DNA of 64,000 nt from Bacteroidales bacterium (GTDB lineage Bacteria > Bacteroidota > Bacteroidia > Bacteroidales > UBA7960). The translations under genes and the position numbers were made by a program. The notes beneath the pieces were generated by a model. That model ran no database searches. It was not told where the DNA came from and saw nothing but the letters and a program-made list of their open reading frames with translations. Shown in pieces: positions 46,944 through 55,774 of this stretch. The DNA is taken from positions 3,240 through 67,239 of the forward strand of contig JAHYJD010000005.1 of assembly GCA_019429365.1 (NCBI GenBank). Direction: 5' to 3'. Every line of letters starts with the position of its first letter. The stretch's first letter is position 1.

Positions 46944-47963
46944 TCAGGGAGAAAGAATGCTGGTTTCGCCCACCAATTCCAGGCCGGCATTTGTGCCTGA
47001 ACCAGTAAAAAGGATATTCCCCTTACGATTGAAAAGTTTTATTTGAATGGTTGCGTCGATACTTTCATGAATCACACGATCCATATTGCCTGAAACGGGC
47101 GCTTTCAAACGTCCTTTTTCGCCTTTCTCTGCAGTCATCTCCAGGGAAAATTTGCGGGATTTAATTTTTATGAAGAGCTCATCGGCCGTATGTTCGATCG
47201 TGGCCACCTTGGCCCCGGTATAGGTAGCAAAGGGAAACAATTGGCCCTGGTGAAGAAAAAAACCCAGAAAACCGGTAAATGAACTACCTATCCATGGGAT
47301 CTTTGCAATACTGAGCATAAACGAAGTGCCAGCCTGTGAAAAATGGTTGGTCTGCATCCATATCCAGGCTTCGGGCATGGAGGTGCCCCAGTCTTTTTCG
47401 ATATAGCCGCGGCCATTACTGAAATTGAAAAGCCCCTCGGTGCTTTCAATGCTGCCCTTCACGGCATGATCGAGACTCACCACCCCGTGATAGCATTCCA
47501 TAAAAGGCACATAGCGATACCAGCCCATTATGCCCGGTCTGCGCAGCGAGACAGGGAAACGGGCTGTTTCACCGAAACTTAATTTTCCCTTGAAAAAGCC
47601 GGTTTCATTTTGCAGGTCAAGTTCAAATCCTTTTTTTGAAAAAAAGTTTGGGCCCACCGCAACAGAAAACCCCCCGGCATCATATTTAAATGCTTCGAGC
47701 GGATAGCGAAAGTACCACGTCTGACCGGTTTTGCCATTAATGGCCTGCACAAATGAGTGGCTGTCGGTGCCGTTTACCGAAATTCCGGGAATAAAAGCCA
47801 TGGAATGCCTGCCATTTTCACTCACCGATTTGAAATACCAGCCTTCGAAATAGTTTTTCATCTGCCGGTTTCCCTGAAACCAGTCGGGGTTCCAGATTTT
47901 CTTAAAGGAATAGGAGGCCTCTTGTTTTTGTTGAAATGAAAGGAAGGGATTGTTTTTCTCCAT
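46944..47963 (-). CDS. Uncharacterised protein, tocopherol-cyclase-like (tentative)
   Basis: 339-aa ORF. The N-terminal block NYFEGWYFKSVSENGRHSMAFIPGIS resembles the F.EGWYFR signature of the tocopherol cyclase (VTE1) family. It starts 14 nt after xseB. Confidence 0.5.
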   Translation of the reverse strand: MEKNNPFLSFQQKQEASYSFKKIWNPDWFQGNRQMKNYFEGWYFKSVSENGRHSMAFIPGISVNGTDSHSFVQAINGKTGQTWYFRYPLEAFKYDAGGFSVAVGPNFFSKKGFELDLQNETGFFKGKLSFGETARFPVSLRRPGIMGWYRYVPFMECYHGVVSLDHAVKGSIESTEGLFNFSNGRGYIEKDWGTSMPEAWIWMQTNHFSQAGTSFMLSIAKIPWIGSSFTGFLGFFLHQGQLFPFATYTGAKVATIEHTADELFIKIKSRKFSLEMTAEKGEKGRLKAPVSGNMDRVIHESIDATIQIKLFNRKGNILFTGSGTNAGLELVGETSILSP

Positions 47964-47977
47964 AGCAAATGGCCGGT

Positions 47978-48187
47978 TTATTGGTTTTTAACCTGATTGA
48001 GCTCTTCCAGGATTTTCTTCACTTCCTCTTCTGTGGTGTGCAGGGCATTGCGGCAGATGCCAATCAGTATAGAAGCTCTTTTCACTTTTTCCGAAAGCAC
48101 ATCAACCGAGATATCCTCGTTCTCAATTTCGTTTACAATGGCCTCCAGTTCTTCAATGGCCTCTGAATAGGTTGTTTCATTTTTCAT
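47978..48187 (-). CDS. xseB: Exodeoxyribonuclease VII small subunit
   Basis: MKNETTYSEAIEELEAIVNEIENEDISVD.L...V.RA..L...C. I chose the ATG at 48187, which overlaps the xseA end by 11 nt. Confidence 0.85.
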   Translation of the reverse strand: MKNETTYSEAIEELEAIVNEIENEDISVDVLSEKVKRASILIGICRNALHTTEEEVKKILEELNQVKNQ

Positions 48188-49439
48188 TTTCGGTAGTTTT
48201 TGGCTGAACAATACTGCTGATGCTTCCTTGCATAAGCCTTGTGGTTATCCGGTCGCCGGGCTTAAGCTCATGCTCGTTTTTTATAGTTTTTCCGTTAAGG
48301 AGCGTAATGGAAAATCCCCTTTTCAGAATTTTTTCGGGTCGCAGCAAATTGATTTTTGCATCCAGGTGCTCCAACTCTCTTTCTTGCTTATTAATAAACC
48401 TCAAAGTGCTGCTTTGCAGGCCATTTATCAGGCTGGTCATCATTATACTTTCTTTTTGAAGCGCTTTGGTTGAGAAAGATTTCAGATAGCCGGCCGAACG
48501 TATCAGGCGCTGGTTTTCGGTTCCCAGAATTTGTTGCGACCTGTTGCTGATAATGTTCAAGGCAGCCAGGGTGCGGCTTTCGAACTCAGCGAAGCGGCCG
48601 ATAACAAAATAGGCCACATCGGTAGGAGTCACTTTGTTTTGCCATGCCACCATTTCGGCAATGGTTTCGTTGGTGGCGTGACCAATGCCGGTAATTATGG
48701 GTATAGGGAAGTTGGCGATTTCGCGCGAAAGCGTGTAATGATCGTAGCAGTTAAGGCCCACATCGCCACCGCCACCGCGTATGATTGCAGCCATGTCGAA
48801 CAAGTGTGCCTTTTTTCTTATCAGCCTGAGCTGTGCGGTCAGGCTTTCCACGGCCTTGTCGCCCTGCAAAAGTGCAGGAAAGAGTTTGTGCCAAACGGTG
48901 AACCGTTCACTGTAACCGGCCAAAATTTTCAGAAAGTCGTGATAGCCCTTGCTGGTTTCGACCGACACCACTGCTAATCTGCGCGGCAGCAAGGGCATTT
49001 CGAGGGTTTTGTTGCGGTCGAAAATGCCTTCGGCCTTGAGCCGCTCAATGGTTTTTTGTTTTTCGTAGGCCATCTGGCCCAGGGTAAACGAGGGCTCGAT
49101 CTGATGAATTTGAAGGGACAAGCCGTAAACCGGGTGGTAAGTAACGCTGGTTTGAAAAAGTATGGCCATGCCTTCGCTGAGCGGCTCTCCGGTAACTTCG
49201 ATAAATTTCTGGTTTATGATCTTATAATCGCCGGCCCAGAGGGTTGCCCGCATTTGTGCCACTACCTGTTCACCGGTTTTCTCCACCAGGTCGGGATAGC
49301 AATGCCCGCTGCGCGGATAATGGTTTAGCTTGGCAATTTCAGCCTTTACCCAATAGGTGCCCGAATAGTTGCGCTCAATGACCGAACGCAGGCTACGGGC
49401 CAGGTCGCCAAGCGAAAAGATTTTCCTTTCTTCTTCCAT
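48177..49439 (-). CDS. xseA: Exodeoxyribonuclease VII large subunit
   Basis: 420-aa ORF with an OB-fold N-terminus (W.KAEI......SGH.Y..L), the catalytic region (IIRGGGG..DL..F, P.ITGIGH..D) and a coiled-coil C-terminus. Confidence 0.9.
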   Translation of the reverse strand: MEEERKIFSLGDLARSLRSVIERNYSGTYWVKAEIAKLNHYPRSGHCYPDLVEKTGEQVVAQMRATLWAGDYKIINQKFIEVTGEPLSEGMAILFQTSVTYHPVYGLSLQIHQIEPSFTLGQMAYEKQKTIERLKAEGIFDRNKTLEMPLLPRRLAVVSVETSKGYHDFLKILAGYSERFTVWHKLFPALLQGDKAVESLTAQLRLIRKKAHLFDMAAIIRGGGGDVGLNCYDHYTLSREIANFPIPIITGIGHATNETIAEMVAWQNKVTPTDVAYFVIGRFAEFESRTLAALNIISNRSQQILGTENQRLIRSAGYLKSFSTKALQKESIMMTSLINGLQSSTLRFINKQERELEHLDAKINLLRPEKILKRGFSITLLNGKTIKNEHELKPGDRITTRLMQGSISSIVQPKTTENEK

Positions 49440-49446
49440 ACTATGC

Positions 49447-49485
49447 GAAATAAAACATAAAATGCCGGGTTGGTACCAGCATTTT
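49447..49485 (-). terminator. Candidate terminator after the two-component operon
   Basis: The minus strand reads AAAATGC-(13-nt loop)-GCATTTT-ATGTTTTATTT. It lies only about 10 nt upstream of the xseA ATG. Confidence 0.45.
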
Positions 49486-49558
49486 ACGGGCTAATATAAG
49501 AAATTTAAGAATGAAAGGAAAGCCTTTTTGGAAAATCCTTTGTAAAAAATGAAAATGG

Positions 49559-50266
49559 CTATGTGTCCTGGTTCACGACCAGTTTAAAGCCCTTTCCGTG
49601 CACGTTGATGAGTTCCACTTCGGGATCTTCTTTCAGGTATTTTCTCAGCTTGGCAATATACACGTCCATGCTTCGGGCATTAAAGTAGTTGTCGTCGAGC
49701 CAGATTTTTGTGAGGGCTTCGGAGCGGTCAAGCACGTCGTTGGTGCGGTCGCAAAGCATCTTCAGCAGTTGGGCTTCCTTGGAGGTGAGCTTCTGCTCGC
49801 TGTCTTCATACTTAAGTGTTTGCCGCGAGTAGTCGAACGCATATTTGCCTACCTGAAACAGGGTTTTGTCGGTGTCGCCGCTTTGCTCAGGGTTGGTGCG
49901 GCGGTAAATGGCGTTGATTCTGAGCAACAGTTCTTCCATGCTGAAAGGCTTGGTGATGTAGTCGTCAGCGCCAATTTTGAGGCCTTCCAGAATGTCTTCC
50001 TGCATGGCTTTGGCTGTAAGGAAAAGGATTGGGATCTTTTTGTCGACTTTGCGAATTTCCCTGGCCAGGGTGAAGCCGTCTTTTATGGGCATCATCACAT
50101 CGAGGATGCAAAAATGAAAAACCTCTTTCAGGAAAGCATCATAGGCTTCCTGGCCGTTTACACAAAGGCGGGTGGGGAAGCCTTTGGCTTCCAGGTAGGC
50201 CTTGAGGATGGTTCCCAGGTTGGGATCGTCTTCGGCCAGTAAGATCTTAATGTTTGATTGTTCCAT
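49559..50266 (-). CDS. OmpR/PhoB-type response regulator (RprY-like)
   Basis: 235-aa ORF with a receiver domain (ILLAEDD, ILDVMMP, LTAK) and a winged-helix output domain (LT.KE..LL..L). Confidence 0.9.
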   Translation of the reverse strand: MEQSNIKILLAEDDPNLGTILKAYLEAKGFPTRLCVNGQEAYDAFLKEVFHFCILDVMMPIKDGFTLAREIRKVDKKIPILFLTAKAMQEDILEGLKIGADDYITKPFSMEELLLRINAIYRRTNPEQSGDTDKTLFQVGKYAFDYSRQTLKYEDSEQKLTSKEAQLLKMLCDRTNDVLDRSEALTKIWLDDNYFNARSMDVYIAKLRKYLKEDPEVELINVHGKGFKLVVNQDT

Positions 50267-50275
50267 GGTTGCTTT

Positions 50276-51904
50276 TTAAGATAATTGCTGATCTTCTTTT
50301 TGGTATCCGTTAAAACCGAAAGGTATAAAAATACTGAAACGTGATCCTTTTTTGAGTTCGCTTTCGAGCGAGATATATCCGCCGTGTTTTTCCACAATGG
50401 CTTTCACGTAACTAAGGCCAAGTCCGAATCCTTTCACGTCGTGAATATTGCCAGTAGAAACGCGATAAAGATTCTCAAATATCTTTTTCTGGTTTGCCCG
50501 GCTAATTCCAATGCCATGGTCTTTAATGTGCACCAATATGCCCCTGCTTGTATTTTCAGTACTAACTTCTATTTGCGGGGCGCTGGGCGAATACTTGTTG
50601 GCATTGTCAAGCAAATTTACGAATACATTTGTTAAATGTACTTTATCTGCTTCAATAAAACTATAATCGGCCTTTAGATTGGTGGTAATATTTCCGTGTT
50701 TGGATTCCACCTGCAGGCTGATTTTCCTCACTGCTTCACTTACAAGGTCGTGCACATCGAGTCCGGTGCGGTTTAGCCTTAATTTCCCTTTTTCAATGAT
50801 GGCGGTTTGCAGCACTTTTTCAGTCATGAGGCCCAGCCGCTGGTTTTCCTCATCAATCATTCGGATATAGCTCTGGTAAAGGTCTTCCGATTTGTTAATC
50901 TCCCGGTCTTTAAGTGCCTGGCAAGCCAGCGAAATGGTCGAGATGGGCGTTTTGAGCTCGTGGGTCATGTTGTTTATAAAGTCGTTCTTCATTAACGAGA
51001 GCTTCTTTTGCCTGATGACCGTAAAAATGGTAAAAGCGAACGAAGAAATAATTACAAAGATAAACAGGGAAGAAGTAGCCAGCATGGTGTTTATCTGCGA
51101 AACAATATAGCGTTTCTGCTCGGGGAAATACACCAGCAGGAATTCGGGGTTGATAAAAATGTCGTTTGGGAAAAGGTTGAACTGGTATTGGCTTTGCAGC
51201 AGTGCCTGGGTGTTTTTTCCTGTTTTTTCGGCCACCAGGGCGTTGTAGGCAGGGTTGTAAATGGCAAAGTCGTATTCGGTTTTTATTCCCTGGCTCCTGA
51301 GTTCGGCATTGAGCAGTGAGTCGAGCACTTCAAAGCCTTCTTCGCCCGTAAACTGGAATGAGAACCTGTTGGAGAACATGTCGTCGAACATGTCGTTGAT
51401 GAACTTGCTGCGTTCGAAAAACATCCGCAGGGGGTCTTCGGTTACGCCAGCGCCCTGGCTGGGAAGGTATCCGGGCTGGTTGCCGCCAGCTACCGACTCT
51501 CGAACATATGAGGTGTCGAACGTTCGGATCTGCTGCCCGTTTTCGTGCTCGCTGATGTTTAATTGAAACGACTCCCGAATGTAAGAAGCGTTGGTGTCTG
51601 CACCCGTTTCCTGCTGCCCGGCCGGATTTACAATGGCATTGTAATATTCGCGATTAAGCGAGTCGAGCAGCTCGTAGTATTTGCTCATTTGGGTATTCCT
51701 CTCCTGCTGCAACAGAAGCTTGCGAGCCATTTCAATTTTGTTGAACTTATAAATGGCTTTGCTAACAGCTTCGCCCACCCCGCGGTCAAAGTTCATCTCC
51801 TTCACCGAAAGGGCGTTTTTTATCCAGTAAATCTGGATGCCCACCAGCCCCAGCAGCGAAAGCGTTATGGCCACAATAAGCAGAATGATAAACCTTTTTT
51901 TCAT
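50276..51904 (-). CDS. Sensor histidine kinase (RprX-like)
   Basis: 542-aa ORF with two TM segments flanking a periplasmic domain, an H-box HELKTPIS, an N-box NLLDNANKY, and G-boxes DHGIGI and GFGLGLS. Confidence 0.9.
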   Translation of the reverse strand: MKKRFIILLIVAITLSLLGLVGIQIYWIKNALSVKEMNFDRGVGEAVSKAIYKFNKIEMARKLLLQQERNTQMSKYYELLDSLNREYYNAIVNPAGQQETGADTNASYIRESFQLNISEHENGQQIRTFDTSYVRESVAGGNQPGYLPSQGAGVTEDPLRMFFERSKFINDMFDDMFSNRFSFQFTGEEGFEVLDSLLNAELRSQGIKTEYDFAIYNPAYNALVAEKTGKNTQALLQSQYQFNLFPNDIFINPEFLLVYFPEQKRYIVSQINTMLATSSLFIFVIISSFAFTIFTVIRQKKLSLMKNDFINNMTHELKTPISTISLACQALKDREINKSEDLYQSYIRMIDEENQRLGLMTEKVLQTAIIEKGKLRLNRTGLDVHDLVSEAVRKISLQVESKHGNITTNLKADYSFIEADKVHLTNVFVNLLDNANKYSPSAPQIEVSTENTSRGILVHIKDHGIGISRANQKKIFENLYRVSTGNIHDVKGFGLGLSYVKAIVEKHGGYISLESELKKGSRFSIFIPFGFNGYQKEDQQLS

Positions 51905-52161
51905 GCCTGAAAAACAAATTTACAATAAGGAAGTTTGTTGCATCGAAAAGTTTTACGTCAGGGACAAGGCCCTGGTTTCAATGCAAAAGTAAGTTGTAAA
52001 GGAATGGCATAAGGGGGTTTAACACAATTTAACACCCCTTTAACTTTTTTTAAATCAGGCAGAAAGGGCATTTAATTTACCTTTGTGACAAGGCAAAAGA
52101 CTATACCTAAATTGATCTATTGGTTTTTTAGTGTATAAGTTTTGTGGTTATAAATTGTGGG

Positions 52162-52196
52162 AATGAGAGGGCCGAAATGGCCCTCTCATTTTTTTT
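52162..52196. terminator. Perfect 12-bp hairpin immediately 3' of sodB; the T-tract is on the plus strand only
   Basis: AATGAGAGGGCC-gaaat-GGCCCTCTCATT-TTTTTT, ending 4 nt from the sodB stop codon. Confidence 0.6.
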
Positions 52197-52199
52197 GTT

Positions 52200-52775
52200 C
52201 TACATCCTCTTTTCCACTTTTTCCCAGTCAATAAGTTTCCAGAACGACTCAATGTAGTCTGGGCGGCGGTTCTGGTAGTCAAGGTAGTAGGCATGTTCCC
52301 ACACGTCGCAGGTAAGCAGGGGTTTTTTGCCGTTTCGCATAGGATTGCCGGCGTTGCTTTCCTTCACGATTTCAAGTTTCCCATCCTGGTTTTTAACCAG
52401 CCAGGCCCAGCCAGAGCCAAACAAGGTGGCGGCTGCCTGCGAAAATTCCTCCTTAAACCTGGAAAAGTTTCCAAAGGCCTCTTCAATGGCTTCCATTAGC
52501 TTTCCTTTGGGCTCACCGCCCCCTTTCGGGGAAAAACTTTCCCAATAGAAGGTGTGGTTCCATACCTGGGCAGCATTGTTAAAAATGCCCCCTTCGGCTT
52601 TCTTAATGATATCTTCCAGGCTGGCACTTTCGAAAGGGCTGCCCGGCAGCAGCTTGTTAAGGTTGTTGACGTAAGCCTGATGGTGCTTCCCGTAGTGAAA
52701 CTCGATGGTTTTTGCCGAAATGACCGGTTCAAGGGCATTTGGATCGTAGGGCAATTGGGGCAATGCGTGTGTCAT
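52200..52775 (-). CDS. sodB: Fe/Mn superoxide dismutase
   Basis: 191-aa ORF: LPYD.NALEP.IS..T.EFHYGKHH..YV.NLN, ...FNNAAQ.WNH.F.W, and DVWEHAYYLDYQN.R..Y. Confidence 0.95.
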   Translation of the reverse strand: MTHALPQLPYDPNALEPVISAKTIEFHYGKHHQAYVNNLNKLLPGSPFESASLEDIIKKAEGGIFNNAAQVWNHTFYWESFSPKGGGEPKGKLMEAIEEAFGNFSRFKEEFSQAAATLFGSGWAWLVKNQDGKLEIVKESNAGNPMRNGKKPLLTCDVWEHAYYLDYQNRRPDYIESFWKLIDWEKVEKRM

Positions 52776-52805
52776 GGCGATGTTTTTTTGGGTTTACATA
52801 TTTAG

Positions 52806-52813
52806 CAAATTTA
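52806..52813 (-). promoter_or_regulatory. Candidate -7 promoter box (TAaaTTTG) for sodB
   Basis: The minus strand reads TATAAATTTGCT, about 30 nt upstream of the sodB ATG. Confidence 0.45.
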
Positions 52814-52900
52814 TATAAAATAACGCTCCTATGCAAATTCTGGCCCCAAAAATCCTGCATTTTTTGTAAGTTTGTTCAAACCATTCAACTCCCAGATTAC

Positions 52901-53110
52901 ATGAAAAGGTCGTTATTCAGGATTTCAGCCATCATTTTTTCTTTTTCTGCTTTGCTGTTTTTTTCGGCCTGCGGCCCCACTGCCCAGCAAAGAGAAGAGC
53001 AACGCATTGAAGACTCTCTTCGTTTAGACCAGGAGCGGCGCGAGTTGCTCGAGCGCACCGGGCGAATGATCGATTCGGTAAGGCCTGCACCGGCCGACAG
53101 CCCGCAATAA
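52901..53110 (+). CDS. Small (69-aa) lipoprotein of unknown function
   Basis: ATG at 52901 with lipobox LLFFSAC and a charged helical remainder. A TAagTTTG box at 52867..52874 lies upstream and a strong terminator follows. The listed 52739 start would overlap sodB. Confidence 0.55.
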   Translation: MKRSLFRISAIIFSFSALLFFSACGPTAQQREEQRIEDSLRLDQERRELLERTGRMIDSVRPAPADSPQ

Positions 53111-53138
53111 AAAAAGCCTCCCGCGAAGGAGGCTTTTT
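53109..53138. terminator. Bidirectional terminator between the small lipoprotein gene and tRNA-Leu
   Basis: AAAAAAA-GCCTCC-cgcgaa-GGAGGC-TTTTT. Confidence 0.7.
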
Positions 53139-53144
53139 ACTGAG

Positions 53145-53228
53145 TACCCGGGGCCGGGATCGAACCGGCACGGTATTGCTACCATTGGTGTTTGAGACCA
53201 ACGCGTCTACCAATTCCGCCACCCGGGC
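53145..53228 (-). tRNA. tRNA-Leu (anticodon CAA), type II with long variable arm
   Basis: Manual cloverleaf. Acceptor GCCCGGG/CCCGGGU. Anticodon arm UUGGU-CUCAAAC-ACCAA. Variable arm GGUA-GCAA-UACC. T-arm GCCGG-UUCGAUC-CCGGC. Discriminator A. No encoded CCA. Confidence 0.9.
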
Positions 53229-53262
53229 TAAAGCTGGCGTACAGCGCGCTTTTTCAGGTGTG

Positions 53263-53270
53263 CAAATTTA
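53263..53270 (-). promoter_or_regulatory. Candidate -7 promoter box (TAaaTTTG) for tRNA-Leu
   Basis: The minus strand reads TTAAATTTGCACACC, about 35 nt upstream of the tRNA 5' end. Confidence 0.45.
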
Positions 53271-53345
53271 ACCAATACTTTCATTCCCGCAAAAATTTTT
53301 CCTAAAATCATTGAAGGCAAAAAGGACTAAGTCTGATATTATTTC

Positions 53346-53353
53346 TATTTTTG
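53346..53353 (+). promoter_or_regulatory. Candidate -7 promoter box (TAttTTTG) for prs
   Basis: TATTTTTGC lies about 40 nt upstream of the prs ATG. Confidence 0.4.
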
Positions 53354-53393
53354 CTGAACCCAACCACATTTTCTCACCTCAAAACTGCATGCT

Positions 53394-54338
53394 ATGTCCT
53401 CGGTCGTCAAAATTTTTTCCGGTTCGGCATCTCGCTACCTGGCTCAAAAAATTGCAGAACACTATGGAATACCTCTTGGAAAAGAGATTGTTGCACGGTT
53501 TTCTGATGGTGAGTTTCAGCCTTCTTTTGAGGAAACCCTGAGGGGAAAAGAAGTTTTTATTGTGCAGAGCACATTTCCCCCGGCCGAAAACATGATGGAG
53601 CTTTTGCTCATGATCGATGCAGCCCGGCGTGCTTCGGCCAACCAGGTAGTGGCAGTCATTCCATATTTTGGGCTAGCCCGGCAAGATCGCAAAGACAAGC
53701 CCCGCGTACCCATTGGCGCCAAGCTCATGGCCAACCTGCTTACCGCGGCGGGCGTCAGCAGGGTGATTACCATGGACCTGCATGCCGATCAGATCCAGGG
53801 ATTCTTTGATGTGCCGGTCGATCATTTGTATGCATCGGCCATTTTTGTACCCTACATCAAGAAGCTGAACTTGCCCAACCTGGTTATGGCGTCACCCGAT
53901 ACCGGCGGCACCAGGCGCGCCGGAGCCTATGCCAAATTTATGAATTCCGAACTGGTGATCTGCTATAAGCAGCGCATTAAGCCCAACGAAGTGGACCGCA
54001 TGATGCTCATCGGCGATGTTAGGGGCAAGGATGTAGTGCTTGTCGATGATATTATTGACACAGCCGGCTCCATTACAAAAGCCGGACAAATGATGATGGA
54101 TAATGGAGCAACCAGTGTAAGAGCCATTTGCACACACCCGGTTTTTAGCGGCAAGGCGCTCGAGCGAATCAATAACAGCGTATTTGATGAGGTAATCGTT
54201 TCTGACACCATACCGCTGAACTGTGAATCGCCTAAGATCACCGTACTCAGTGCTTCAAAGCTTTTTGCCGACGTAATACAGCGAGTGCATACCCATCAAT
54301 CCATTAGTTCGCATTTTGAGTTCTCTACCATGTTGTAA
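53394..54338 (+). CDS. prs: Ribose-phosphate pyrophosphokinase
   Basis: 314-aa ORF with F.DGE......E..RG..VFI.QS, PY..YARQDRK, DLHA.QIQGFF and VLVDDIIDTAGS motifs. Confidence 0.95.
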   Translation: MSSVVKIFSGSASRYLAQKIAEHYGIPLGKEIVARFSDGEFQPSFEETLRGKEVFIVQSTFPPAENMMELLLMIDAARRASANQVVAVIPYFGLARQDRKDKPRVPIGAKLMANLLTAAGVSRVITMDLHADQIQGFFDVPVDHLYASAIFVPYIKKLNLPNLVMASPDTGGTRRAGAYAKFMNSELVICYKQRIKPNEVDRMMLIGDVRGKDVVLVDDIIDTAGSITKAGQMMMDNGATSVRAICTHPVFSGKALERINNSVFDEVIVSDTIPLNCESPKITVLSASKLFADVIQRVHTHQSISSHFEFSTML

Positions 54339-54361
54339 GTTTTTATAAAATATTCATAGCC

Positions 54362-54400
54362 AATTGCCTGTAAAGTATTATCTTTGCAGGCAATTTTTTT
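54362..54400 (+). terminator. Terminator after prs (9-bp stem, 16-nt loop, T7 tract)
   Basis: AATTGCCTG-(16 nt)-CAGGCAATT-TTTTT. The loop contains the next gene's -7 box. Confidence 0.5.
54379..54386 (+). promoter_or_regulatory. Candidate -7 promoter box (TAtcTTTG) for the L25/Ctc gene
   Basis: TATCTTTGCAGG lies about 58 nt upstream of the ATG at 54445. Confidence 0.4.
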
Positions 54401-54444
54401 GGGAGGCTTATCCCATTATTTTTAACAAATTATTTTCGAAAAAA

Positions 54445-55065
54445 ATGAAAAAAGTATCTGTGAGCGGTTCTCTTCGCGAGAACGTAGGGAAAAAAGATGC
54501 TAAGCGCCTGCGCCGCGAAGGCTTGGTGCCTTGCGTATTGTATGGCGGCAAAGACCAGGTTATGTTTACGGCGTCTGAAAAAGCTTTTAAGGATGTGGTT
54601 TATACCCCTGAAGCATGTCTGGTTGATCTGGATATTGCCGGCAAAAAATTTACTGCCATTCTGCAAGACATCCAGTTTCACCCGGTAAGCGAAAGCATTC
54701 TTCATGCAGACTTCCTGCAAATTTTTGAAGACAAGCCGGTAAAAGTGGATATTCCCGTGAAACTTTCAGGAGTCAGCCCCGGCATTTTGAAAGGCGGTAA
54801 GCTTCATATGAAACTGCGCAGGGTGAAGGTGAAAGGTTTTCCCGGCGACCTGCCCGATCAAATTGATGTGACCATTTCCAAACTGAATATTGGCGATTCC
54901 TTTAAGGTTGGCCAACTTGCCTCCGACAAGCTTGAGTTTATTGATTCACCCAATTCTGTTATCGTAATGGTGAAATCGACCCGCGTTATTGCAACCGTTG
55001 GTGATGACGAAGAAGAGGAAGAAGGAACCGAAGGTGAAGCACCTGCTCCGGCAGCAGAGGAATAA
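54445..55065 (+). CDS. 50S ribosomal protein L25 / general stress protein Ctc
   Basis: MKKVSVSGSLRENVGKKDAKRLRREGLVPCVLYGG..., a two-domain L25/Ctc with an acidic tail. I chose the ATG at 54445 over 54364. Confidence 0.9.
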   Translation: MKKVSVSGSLRENVGKKDAKRLRREGLVPCVLYGGKDQVMFTASEKAFKDVVYTPEACLVDLDIAGKKFTAILQDIQFHPVSESILHADFLQIFEDKPVKVDIPVKLSGVSPGILKGGKLHMKLRRVKVKGFPGDLPDQIDVTISKLNIGDSFKVGQLASDKLEFIDSPNSVIVMVKSTRVIATVGDDEEEEEGTEGEAPAPAAEE

Positions 55066-55091
55066 AATCATTTTTCATCTTTTGACAAAAA

Positions 55092-55123
55092 AAGGCACAA
55101 GGCGAATCCCTTGTGCCTTTTTT
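55092..55123 (+). terminator. Intrinsic terminator after the L25/Ctc gene
   Basis: AAGGCACAAGG-cgaatc-CCTTGTGCCTT-TTTT (11-bp perfect stem). Confidence 0.75.
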
Positions 55124-55206
55124 AAGTTTTATTACAACACCTTTTGGTTTATTTTTACAATCTGAATCTTCAATGGCCTCGCATGGCCAAAAAAACAGTT
55201 TTCAGC

Positions 55207-55770
55207 ATGAAGTACCTTATTGCCGGACTTGGCAACATTGGCCCCGAGTACCACGAAACGCGCCACAACGTTGGGTTTATGATTCTCGACTATCTGGCTA
55301 AGGAGAAAGAGGTGACCTTTTCCCCGGCCCGCTATGGCGACAAGACCGAGTTCAAGTTCAAGGGCCGCACTTTTATCCTGCTAAAGCCTTCTACTTACAT
55401 GAACCTTAGCGGGCGAGCCATTCATTATTGGATGACGCAGCAAAAGATTGAACTTGAAAATCTGCTGGTGGTGGTTGATGATGTAGCGCTTCCCCTTGGT
55501 ACACTGCGTATGAAGGCAAAAGGCGGAGCGGGCGGTCATAATGGCCTTTCTCATATTATTGATATGATTGGTACCGACCAGTATGCCCGTTTGCGTTTTG
55601 GCATTGGAGCCGACTATCCCAAGGGCTACCAGTCGCAATATGTGTTGGGCAAATGGGAGCCCGAAGAGCGCGAAATCATTGACCCCCGTATAAAAATCGC
55701 ATCTGAAATGGTTGTCAGCTTTGGAATGCAGGGCGCTGAACGCACCATGAATCTTTTCAACAAAAAGTAA
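55207..55770 (+). CDS. pth: Peptidyl-tRNA hydrolase
   Basis: MKYLIAGLGNIG.EY..TRHN.GF, P.T.MN.SG and GG..GHNGL motifs. ATG at 55207. Confidence 0.92.
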   Translation: MKYLIAGLGNIGPEYHETRHNVGFMILDYLAKEKEVTFSPARYGDKTEFKFKGRTFILLKPSTYMNLSGRAIHYWMTQQKIELENLLVVVDDVALPLGTLRMKAKGGAGGHNGLSHIIDMIGTDQYARLRFGIGADYPKGYQSQYVLGKWEPEEREIIDPRIKIASEMVVSFGMQGAERTMNLFNKK

Positions 55771-55774
55771 TTGC

